DNA from: Trichodelitschia bisporula
Lineage: Eukaryota
Reading direction: 5' to 3'
Assembly (NCBI GenBank): GCA_010356995.1
Contig: ML996688.1
Location: forward strand, 372,001 to 436,000
DNA length: 64,000 nucleotides
This document shows positions 14,324 to 25,814 of the stretch, piece by piece; the stretch's first letter is position 1; the number at the start of each line of letters is the position of its first letter. Made by a program: the position numbers and the translations under genes. The notes below the pieces were generated by a model that searched no databases, was not told the DNA's origin, and saw nothing but the letters and a program-made list of their open reading frames with translations.

Positions 14324-14855
14324 AATAACCCCTATTCATCTTGAGGCGATGCATTTGTTTACAATCAGCAGAAGCTCAAGCTGGACGCGTTGATGTGGGC
14401 ATTCTGACTCCTTGCCGCCACGGTACGGTAGTTACTCAATGCCGAAAAGATCATTCCATAGTTTGTCATTACCGTTTGTGCTTCCGAAATGTCAGCTGAT
14501 AGCGTAAATGGGGAGACTTCAACGGCGCCGGAGACGTCGCATCCGGCACGCGATCTAGGCCCTCCTATTGGTGGGCCGGCCATGAAATTTCCCAACTGCG
14601 AGGGTCTCCGCTTCCGCTTCGTAAGACCCTTAAACCCGCGTGCGAAAGGAGTCGGTGATAGTCCATAACCTCCTCTTCATCGCAATTGACGCGTCCTCTC
14701 TTTCTTCATCCCTCTGTGTCATTGCCATTGCCCTCGTCCTCAATCCACAAACTTTCGTCGCAGCTTCCTTCCCGCCGCTTCCGAGCCTTGATCTCCCTCG
14801 CCCCTGATACCGACTTCGCCCCTCCGTTCCCGCGCGCAAGCGGCCTTCAGCAGCG

Positions 14856-15990
14856 ATGGATATCGTTCTCGAGGTCTTCGATACCTTCGTATTCGATTAT
14901 GCGTACGCATCACTCGTCCCTGCGGCGCCGAATTGGAGCGGTCCCGGCAATGCGACGGCTGTGAACAACGGCTGGACCTTCAAGCCTGCCAGCGAGTTCA
15001 TATCGTTCGCCCCATCGAGCGCTGCGTATGCAAGTGCTTGGGCACGCGACAGCATCATACGGCAGTCAATAAGCCTGTACCTAATAACATGGTGCGTCCA
15101 ACCGGGGGACGATACTGATGCCGTAACTAACTCTCAAGGCTGTTCGGACTGGTCATATACTTCGCCTGCGCAGGCCTGTCCTACTACTTCATCTTCGACA
15201 AAGCAAACCTGCAGCACCCCAAATTCCTCAAGAACCAGGTCGGGATGGAAATCAAGCAAGCCAATATCGCCATGCCCATAATGGCTCTGGTTACGGCACC
15301 AATCTTCGTCCTCGAAGTCCGCGGTTACGGCTACATGTACGACACCACGGCGGATGGGCCGGGGCGGTGGTATGACTACGCGCAATTCCCCATCTTCCTC
15401 GCCTTCACAGATGCGTTGATCTATTGGATCCACCGCGGCCTGCACCATCCTGCGCTCTACAAGCACCTGCACAAGCCTCACCACAAGTGGATCGTGCCCA
15501 CACCCTTCGCGTCGCATGCCTTCCATCCGCTCGACGGCTATGCTCAGAGCCTGCCCTACCACATTTTCCCCTTTGTTCTGCCCCTGCAGAAGTACGCCTA
15601 CGTCATCCTCTTTGTCTTCATCAACGTGTGGTCCGTGCTCATCCACGACGGCGAGTACGCAACCAACTCACCAGTCATAAATGGCGCGGCGTGCCACACG
15701 ATGCATCACCTGTGAGTGGCCCTATTCCAGCTCGATTCCCTACTTTTTCCTTTGTTAATGTGACCAGTTACTTCAACTACAACTACGGCCAGTTCTTCAC
15801 CTTCTGGGATCGCCTTGGCGGCAGCTACCGCGCGCCGAACCCGGAGCTCTTCAACCACGAGACCAAGCTCAGCAAGGATGAGTGGACGCGTCAGTCGAAG
15901 GAGATGGAGAAAATAGTTGTCGAGGTTGAGGGCGAGGATGCTCGCTGCTATGAACCCGAGGGTGCCGTTGAGAGCAAGAAGGTGCAATAG
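14856..15990 (+). CDS. ERG3: C-5 sterol desaturase (exons 14856-15091, 15139-15711, 15768-15990)
   Basis: MDIVLEVFDTFVFD N-terminus; histidine boxes YWIHRGLHH, HKPHHKW, SHAFHPLDG and CHTMHHL-YFNYNYGQF; introns 15092-15138 and 15712-15767 restore the frame. Confidence 0.96.
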
Positions 15991-16863
15991 GGAGTGATAA
16001 TCTAATCAGCGACCGTTGCGGGGGTGAGGAGCCGAAAGCGCTAACTGCATGTGTATTTTTGTAATTGATACGAGAATGGTCATTTTTGGGTGGTTCTTCG
16101 AGCATTAGGGGCTCCGCGAGGAGATAGGGCGGTGTTTGGTAATGGACTTTGTGTGGCATTTTGCATCTGGTAGAGGTGACGCGACGACATGGAGTGGAGT
16201 TGGAGCAGCATTATCAAGCAGTGGATTGATGGAGCGTTGTGTCCCTGATTCGTAAGTGACGCTCTACTCTGTTGTTGATCATCAAGCTAAGAGAAGCAGC
16301 ATAGCTACAAGCAATTGAAATACATTGCAACCGAATGCCAAAGCCTTCCCAAGGTTCCCTTTCTTGCATGACTGGTTTCATGTCGTCTTCGAAGCTCACA
16401 GCGGTGATAGTCACGTGGTATCGATATCACGCTTTTCTTGCTCTCAAAGTACTGGAGCACAGTGAGGAAGAAAAGCTTGTCTATTCTTGCTAGCTGTGGC
16501 TGGGCGCAGAGTATATCACTCTGTTGCTGCCTGAAAGCCCTAAGCAGCAAACCAAACCTGCTCGGAGGCTCACAGACGCTCAAAGAGGGTCATAGAGCAT
16601 CAAACAGCTCGCTGAAGTCCTCTAAAGCCCTCTAAAGCCCTCCGACAGCAACAAAGACTGCAGCTTGCCCAAACAAACCAGGCAAAATCACATGCCAAGC
16701 AGGGATTTGCATCAACACAAAGCACGGACCTACACCTGCCATCTCAACCTCCATCGAGCATCACCAGCCTTATCGATCACTCACAATCATACAGTAGCAC
16801 ACTACCAGCACTGGATTAACTATGCTCCGGTCATAAGCACCTTCACACCAACACCACGGGGTC

Positions 16864-17281
16864 CGTGCCCACAGATCCATCGACCAGGCTTCCAGGTGCT
16901 TCCCAAAATCCATTTTCTGACATCCACACCACACCACTCATCCACCGCTCTATATACCCTCCTCGGGGGAACAGCCTTCCTATACCCCACATCCCCTTCA
17001 ACCACACCACCAACTCCCAAAGCACGACTCGCTCCAGAATGGCTCGCAAGAAGCGTTCCAAGGGCGGCAAGAAGAAGAACAGTGGCAATGCTGGGGCCTG
17101 TGATCATGCCTAGCGTACCTGCCTCTGATGGTCATGCAAAATCACTGCCCTTACCACCGCCTGGAAAAATGATGCTCCGTTCACCAGCACATTCACGAGT
17201 TCTTTGAGGGCACGTGCCCACAGGTTCATCAACTAGGTTTCCAGGGGCTTCCTGAAATCCATTTCCTGACATCGACACCAC
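16864..17281 (+). repeat. Diverged direct repeat of about 69 bp (16864-16932 and 17213-17281)
   Basis: cgtgcccacagatccatcgaccaggcttccaggtgcttcccaaaatccattttctgacatccacaccac vs cgtgcccacaggttcatcaactaggtttccaggggcttcctgaaatccatttcctgacatcgacaccac; differences are mostly transitions. Confidence 0.85.
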
Positions 17282-20200
17282 TGCATCCACCATCTTCCAC
17301 ACCACTCATACCACCCCACATCATTCAATATTATACACGCCAAAGCGAAGAGGTATCTATCTATATACCAACATCCGCAATTTGCGGAGACTTATAGACA
17401 TTGGCTTCGGAGCCATTCTACCCTACTCGCAAGCGGTCTCACGATGCGATGGCAGTTGGAGAAAGAGGCTAAGCGCCTAGGAGGCGAAGCGTCACTGTCC
17501 TATATACGCAGGTCGCAATCACCTGACGGAAGAGGATATTGAGGCATTCAGTCAGCTGCGCCTACGGGCACTTCATCCGCACAATCGTGGGTACTACGCC
17601 AATGTGGAGTGAGCAAGTCTCTCCGCATATCCTCACAAGAGAGTACGTTCTCATCCATTGATCAATATCACCGGTAACTAACTGAAGCGAAGAGAACCGT
17701 CGTGCGGCCCCTGCGGCGGATTATATATCAAGATGACGAGGATGACTTCGAACCCGTGGCCGCCGGTCCTCGCAATGGAACAGTTTGCACGCTTTGGCTC
17801 TGGTGCCCGCGACCCCCCTCGCCCTCGCGCTACGTCTCCGCCTCCGCGCCATGGACCTTCTGCCTTTATACGCCGAAGCCACCAAGAAGAATGGACGCAC
17901 ATATACAGTCAGCGCTGCGCAACCCCCAGCCCGTGTCTCGTTCGAGTGCTTTCTTCGCACCAAAACGCCAGAGTCTTCTCCGGCAGGCTGTTCTGAACAC
18001 AGGAGGAGCCTGAGCTGGAGAACGACATCATCCTACATTTGTCCATGAAAATCCCGGCAGCCATGCTTCTGCCAACGCGGTCGGTTTTACCGAAGTATAT
18101 GGTCCTGAAGGCTGGCAATGTCATCCTTCAGGGGACAGTCATGGGTGAATTCGCGGTCTACGCCCCGGGCCTGAGTCACTTATAGCTAACATCGTCTCCA
18201 AATGCCAAAGCGCTTGGACAGATTATAGAGAAGTTTACCTCGAGTGTTACCACGGTACGACCTGCTCCGGCAGCTCCGACTTCTGCTCCGGCTCCGGCAC
18301 CGCTCATCTCCGATCCCAACGCACTCCTGAATCTCGAGCGCAAACCTGGAAAAACTTTCCTCTAAGTCTATCGAGAACACCCTGAAGAAGTTCATTTCGG
18401 TGGTCGATGCCAAGAAACTTGCGACGGAGACCTCGACATCTGTTCCCGCGCCTTCGACTTCGACTTCTGTCTCTGCACCTCCGGTGTCTGCTCCTGCGCC
18501 TCTGTATTCATGAGTATGGGTAAGCCTTCTCAAGTCCCTACCCCCCTGCTGCTCATGGTTTGGCAAGGCCGATGCCACTCCATCCCCTCCTTGCTATTGA
18601 AGCTAACAACAGTTTAGTTATATAGCTTACGACCTCATTACAGCAGCAAAGAAGCTGCAGCATCTGCTTCTAGGCCACAAGGCTGCGACGCCTACCCAGG
18701 GCTTTTCACACCTACTCTCCTCCGTCCTTTTCGCATCGCAACATCGCTGTATACTCAGAGGTCGGCCACGTAGCCGTGCCTGAAGGTTATCAAAAATCAT
18801 CAAAAGTTATACTCGGTGCGGGTGGGACGAACGCTATAGTAGGTTTGCCTTACAACGCTCCAGCGTCAAAATTTTGTACTCTACTTCAATGGAGCTGTGC
18901 TCTCTCTTTTCGTCACCTGCGCGGCTTGACGTGACTCCACTTGTACATCTCCATGTGCGCCCGACACATCATCGCAGAACCATGGCTAACGGCGATAACT
19001 CAGTATTGAAAGGCAGTCAAGCCAGTGATCCGCGGCCGTCGTACTCTCAGGGTTCCGGTGACAATCTCAAATGGGCTGGGCGCAATCAGCAGCAGCTGTC
19101 GAACAACATCACCACCCTACCGAGGACTGCCGACACCCGAGATCATCAATACCCGGCGGCTAAAGGGCGTATGAACTTCCGCACCGCACAATTACTTCCC
19201 AGCCTTCTTGCCCTGCCCACGGCCCACCACTGCCGATGTGCCGTTCCTCCGTGAGATGGCGGGGCGGGGCGCGCAGTCATCAAGCAGCGGATGCAGCTGC
19301 AAAACTCGGATCTCCCCTGCCAGCGCTCTCAGCAATTCCACCTCAGATCTCGGCCAGCGTAGCTTCCCCCCCGCCCTCACGTCAGACGTACCTCGTACCT
19401 CGCCTATATACGCCATCACTGGTTGTATACTCACCAAGCTCCGCAACCAACGGGTCGCCGAGGAGTGACGGAAAGTTTGATCCAAAGACGATGGCCAAAA
19501 GGCTACTGGAGCCGCGCAGGCTCTTGGAGGCGTTCGAATGGGGGGGTGAATGGCATCTTCGATGGCGTTCTCCACCCGTTCGTACCTCACAAACACCATT
19601 CCTCAATTCTTCACCAATAATCCCCTCACGGCAACACACCTGCTCGAAGCCGCCGCCATGTCTGCTCCCGAGAGTAACTGCTCCGCCTCTCTCTCCTTGG
19701 CTGCGAAGCCCACTGGCAGTATCGGTGGCAATATACCCCAACCATCAACACATATCGTTGCCGCATGGTTCAGTGGAAAAACAATGCGACCTCTACGGAC
19801 GCCACTATATACTTCGTCAAGGAGGTGCAGACGAAGATCAGACTAGTTGATGTCTCCGACATTCCAACGGCTCCGGCTCAACGGCTCCGGCTCTCTTGTT
19901 CAAGATCCAAAATGAGATGCTTCAGTGTGCAGAACCGACACCGAAGATGACACAAACATTATATACATGGTCCACGGTCCTCCTGGGCCTGTCTTCGGTC
20001 CACCTCCGGTCATTGTGAATGGTCCTATGTATGGTCCTCTTGTTGGTCCTGTGGGGCCTCTGGGTCCGTTTGGCATGCCGTTCCCGCATGAGGGTGATCA
20101 TGTCTGATGCGCTGCTCATCCTGACGGGCGTCATAGTAAGTACTCCCTGAGCACCCTAGACACACGGGACCCTGGAAATCTTCAGACAAGCCAGGAAGCG

Positions 20201-23200
20201 CACGTAGCTAATACTCTCCAGTGCGGGGTCGGACTTCCCTGAAATTTTCTGCGGCATCAAGCGGAGTTTGGATGATATATAAGGCGGCCTCGAGCTTCGA
20301 GCCTCCGAGTCCGTTCAATACGAGCGACGGCTTACCCCTATAATCACCCTCAGGACGGCACCGTTCCTATATACCGCCTGGTTCCAGCAAGCGGTTGCTG
20401 TCTCCCACCAACCTGCAACGCGCATCCTGCTGAGGAGGCCAACGACGCAAGCCTTGCCACTGGCGATTATTCGACCGACGACGCGCTCCCATCAATCGAA
20501 ATCAAGCAAGAAGAGGAGTCGCTCCCGCCATTCCAGTCACCCACGTACCCGGAGTACTCGTCGTCGCCGGAGATCAAACAGGAGCCACCGTCGCTGCCTC
20601 AATTCGTCTCGCCCACCTACCCGGATTATCCCTCCGAGAAGGACACTCCGAATTGGGACACCATGAGCCTTGTCGGCCCTCGATGCCGGCGTCCCCCCAA
20701 TCTGCGACACCTATGCAGAGTTCTATACGAATCCGACTCCGAGAATATATCGACTCCCTGCTCGAATAGAACATGACCGGCGGTGAAATGATGAAATATC
20801 AAGTGGCCGCCGTTGAGCTTGACTACCCACTAATATACCCGACCGCACTTGTTACAGCCCCCAAAACCACGGCATTCTGATTCCTTGATTCCAAAGCCAT
20901 CATCATGTCCCTGTTTTTGAGCCAGTGGCGGTGCCCCGAAGCGCCCTGCACATGGCCCTCAACCTCCTCTGGGGCGCAAGCTCGCGCGTATATTAACGCC
21001 CATCGAGAAGGCTGTATACATCCGCCATTCAAAGATGCACCTAGTCTCTTTGCAATCGGCCTTCATCGTCTGGGATATAATATACGTCTAAAATGGCTGA
21101 AAGCGCCATCGAAGCTGAGGAAGCGGCCGTCGCAGCTCGTAAAGGGTGGACGACCGCGGCGAGAATGCGGAGATTGACAAACAAGCTCTGGTAGGTCACC
21201 CCAACGGAAGCCGGCGTATGAGATGTGCTGACAGCCGCTAGGATTGGATGCTCGAAGTTGTTTTTGAGCTCGGTGGCCTTCATGTCTACGTCGGCGATGA
21301 CGTTATATAAGACAAGGGTACACGGTCGCCCTCGAAGCTCTGGCTCACGGAACCCTTCTTGATGCTCGTGGACATCGGCTTCTCGGAGACAGGGTACCAG
21401 CCACTTCAATGCACTCCGCATCTCCAGCACAGCCTGACAGGATCCTCGTATACGCTTCGGACTTCCATTCGACGGGCTGATATATTCTCCCCCGTATCTC
21501 AGCAACCAACCCGGAAAGTGTGCAAACCATTTCGACATCACCGCTTATCTCGCCTTACGCATTTCATGGCTTGGAAGACTTCCGGCAATCCACAACGCGC
21601 CATCACTACCATTTGGAATCCCAAAGCCATCACCATCACAATGGTGACTTCATATAGATCGGAGTGGCAAGGCTACGAATGTTTCTTTACCCGCGTCGCC
21701 ATCCTGGACTTCCTGGAGACCATTAAGTAGGACCAATATACCTTCGGGGGACAACAAAGCCTCAATCATGAATGCGGACCGGAAGAGAAAGCACGCTGAA
21801 CAGGAGAATGACCAGCTTCGCCATGGCAAGAAAGCAAAGATGGGTATATTGTCCGTGGTGACTTTGCGGTTACAAGGGCGGCGATGCGGGACATATATCT
21901 GCTCGACATCTTGTTCCGGAAGCATGCTCGCGAAGGCGCCAACTTCACGTACAAGACTCTCGTCTTGGACATCAGCCAGAACGTGGTACAGCTTCCCCAT
22001 CATGGGCTGTCCCGCCAGAAATACCGACACCGATGATCAAGCGTCGCCCGCTGTGGATTGGCAGCTTCTCCCGGATTATTCGTTCGTCATCTCCCCGAAG
22101 CAGACCAGTCCTGCGCCAGAGGCGATTAAGCCCGCTCCAGAGCCGACCAAGCCTGCCGGGAAGCCGACCAAGCGCTCCTTGACTAAGGAATGTGAGGCTG
22201 TTGCTCGGAAGCCCACTAAGCGCTCCGAGAATAAGGACGTTAAGACTCCTGCTCCGAAGACAACCAAGCTCCTTAGGGACGATAAAGCTTCGACTCCCTT
22301 TCTGCGGCCGCCCAAGCCCGGCAGAGACCTGAGACGGGAGATGCGGAGCGCGCTTATCTTAAGCATTTGTAGAGTTGGGGGCAGCCTGATGCTTTCATTG
22401 GCGTTGGGGATTTGAAGACGAAACCTGTATACATTCGCCAGTCTACGTGTATATGTATGCCGCATCGCGGCCTATATCCTCACCAACTATTCCGGCAACT
22501 CAACATTTACCTTCCAACATCACCGCCCGCACCAACATCACTAAATATCCATCTCTGCTCCCATCAGCAAATTCATCGATCCTTCTCTTTAGATTTACTA
22601 CGGCTCGCATATAGTGTGCGCCAAATTATATAGCAGCCCAATCGATGCGCGATCGCGCAACTCGCAGTGAATGGGGGTTTGTGGCTGAACTTCTTCTCGA
22701 CGCTGCCAGCCTTTCCGCACCTGCAAATCGTAAGTTGCTGGGAAGGCTGATATGCCTCGACTTTTACTAACCTTGTCTAGATACGCACGTCGCGCGAGTT
22801 TGCTTTGACAAGCAGGCTCTGCTCCGTCAAAATGCCTACCGGCTCAGAGGATTCCTCCTTGTCCCGATCGGAAAATGTCATCGTTGCGAGCGATATATAT
22901 GGCGATATAGCAGCCTCATTACCCGAGGCGCGCAGAGGGCCGAAAACCTCGTTGAATTTGAGCCGGACAGCGAGGCTGGAAATCAAACCTCTCCAACCTG
23001 CCGGCGCGGCGCCTGCTGCCTCTGCCGCTGCGCCTCTAGGTATAATCTCCCCTCACATATCTCGCCTTCCTCGTCTATTATGGCGACGCCCATTCCTTTG
23101 GGAAACATCCGACTCGGTGGAGTAATGGGGCCCCCCGATGTCCCCTATATACAACTGTATATATAGTCTTGAGTTTCTTGCGGTGTTGAGCTCCATATCG

Positions 23201-25814
23201 CTCGCTGCTAGTCTTCGCATCGACTAAAGCCTCTTTCTATCTCTTAATCTTCACGGTTCGATGTGACTCATGCTTCCGTATATTGATACATCCGCCCGGC
23301 GTGATATCGCAAGGCCATCGTCGGCAACGGCGGCTTATTTTCGAAAGTGGCATCCCGCTGCCTAAAGTACTCTCTTGGTCCAACGGCCCCAGGCTGGGGC
23401 TGCCCTGTCACTTCCTCCACGAGGATGGAGGAGCATAAGTGCCGTGCATGCACTGTTGAGGCAACTCGCAAGAAAATCAAGGAAGCCAAAAATCTCGCCG
23501 AAAAGTAGGTCTGCCTGCGCGCTTAGTGGCGTGTGTACAGTATTGGGAGCCTTCGGAACTTGCTAACGGCAGCAGGACTTCGACAACCGCTACTGAGGCC
23601 CGGGGTATATAGCGCGCGCCAGATTATCTGGTGCCGACCCGGCTGCTGCGAACGTATATACACCACACATCAACATCACTCCGCGCCTCGTCAATCAAGC
23701 GATGGGCGCGAAGGCGCATATATACGCTGTCGCCAAACTGCTTCCACCTCTTCTAGCGGTGACAACATGCAAGGCACACATTGAGCAATTCTATCCATGG
23801 GCTACTACTTTTAGGCCGGACATGAAAACGGAAGGTCCAGAAGGGCCCATATCATATTCTCGACGCACTCAAGGCTCACATTGCGGAGCTTGAACGCATG
23901 AAAGACATGTCTCCTGCCTCAATCACCACGCCCTCCTGTCACCCTCAATCAGGCTGCCGATGTCAATCACAATGCCTGCCAGCAACGCGTCAAGAAGCTT
24001 GAGGGCTTCCTCAACGAAGCCAATGCCCGCATTGAAGAGCTGGAGAAGGAGGCCGCCACTGCAGACAATCGCATCCGTTTCACGAGGGAGATGATCGCCG
24101 CGAAGAACTGCGCTCAGATTGCTGAGAAGCAGGTCAGTGATGCTCACGATACTACTCAACGCACCGTCTTGCCCACTGACGACTAGGCTCACCTCAGGGC
24201 ATGATATTCATTACTGGGCGCCCTCTCCGCCATTATATAAGATCACTCGATCTGGGGGCAGCAGATGACGAAGGAGATTGGAGATCATTCCATTTCATTC
24301 CGCACCAGCCTATGCTGGGTCGGGGTGGTATAAGCACACCCCATCTCTCCCTGCTGAGCGGGACCAGCAGCGGCTGGCTGTGATCCGGCAGGCATTTGCT
24401 ACGTCGATCACGGATTCCGAGGACGAGGTGAAGCCAGCTAAAGCCACGACTTCCGAGGTCAGTGTTACCATCCCCCAGTCTACTCTTCACCAATCTAACG
24501 CTCACCAGGCGACCGGTCACCAAGGCGCCTTCTCCACCATTATATAGGAGCACCCTTCGGGCGAGTGCTAGCCCGCAACAGTCACGTCCGCCACCCCACG
24601 GTGTATATACCAGCGCACCCGGCGCCATATATCTCGCGGCCGGGGCAACCGGCCGTTGTACCTATATCTTCGCAGGTCCTACGAAGGCTGCCATTGATGC
24701 TGAAGAGTCAACACAACGTGCTGGAGCAGTCAAGACCAAGGGTATATACAAGGCCACTAGTATAACACATCTGTCATATCACTGCACATGCGGTTTCGAC
24801 GTCCCGCCCTAATCTTCGCGTCCTTTCTTACTGGGCACCATGCCTCACTTTCTCACTTTCTCACAGACGGAGACGGAGACTCGTCTCCTCCGGCGAGTCA
24901 GGACAATGGTCCTGGCACGCTCTGTATCCCCATCCCGCCCAGCCGTGCGCGCCCCGGCGGTGACACTCATATACCCATCGACATTCGGATATGACTTCTC
25001 CCAGTGTACTCGCGCCTATCGCAGCGAGCATCCGACGCTGGAGACAGGAGATGCTTCGGCATGCGCTCAGCGGCGCCGACCACAAAGCCTCCATCCTAAA
25101 TGCGGACCGGACGAGAAAGGCAGCTGCTGCTGAGGAACCCGTTTCTGCCCGGTTCTCCCAATACCCTCGGCTCGCCGCAATTCCAGAGCTTCGGCTTCGG
25201 CAACGGATATGCGCAGCAGAATCAGCGCGCTGGTCCTGGCGAGTATACTGCTCGGGCTATATACAGCTTTGCGGCGCGCTGACACGGATCTTTTGTTATG
25301 CTTCAAGAAAGCGGTCCTGTCTAAAAAATAAATTGCCCGGCCATGTGTATATGGGCTTGTAAGTCACCCTAGCAAACGACGACGTAGGAGACACGCTGAC
25401 AGTCGCTAGGGCTGGAAGCTCATCATCAACTTCCGTCCCCAAGGCGTCGAGTTCACCTGGACCGAGTAGGAGCGACAATTGGTCCTGCGGTGCTATGCGG
25501 CTTTATATATAAAAGGCCGCCCCCGGTGGGGTCAAAGTCCAGGCCCTTTCCCGCGAAGCGAACCGCGGGGCCGCCGGCCGGTATATGCAAGTCCTCTGCT
25601 GCAAGCATGCGCTCCAAGCTCGGGGCCATGCACGGCGACGGTGCCTCTTGAGAGATATAAAAAAATGGATGACGCGGCGGAGTTTGAGAACCTGAAGAAG
25701 AAAGAGGCGATGGCTAAGAAGACGGAGACTAAGGCGGACAGCGACGATGAAGAGAACTATGAAGACGAGGACTGCGATACTCTTGCACCCTCGTACTGTG
25801 GAGCAAACACCTGA
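17039..25814 (+). pseudogene. Island of decayed lineage-specific gene fragments (several pseudogenes/orphans)
   Basis: Many + strand intron-like segments (e.g. 21191-21241, 25359-25409, about 22729-22780, about 24458-24509). Protein-like stretches (MARKKRSKGGKKK, NADRKRKHAEQENDQLRHGKKAK, acidic DSDDEENYEDED) are broken by stops and frameshifts (TAG 21728-21730 followed by a frameshift). TATA/TATAT runs are frequent in otherwise GC-rich sequence. No recognisable family. Confidence 0.55.
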
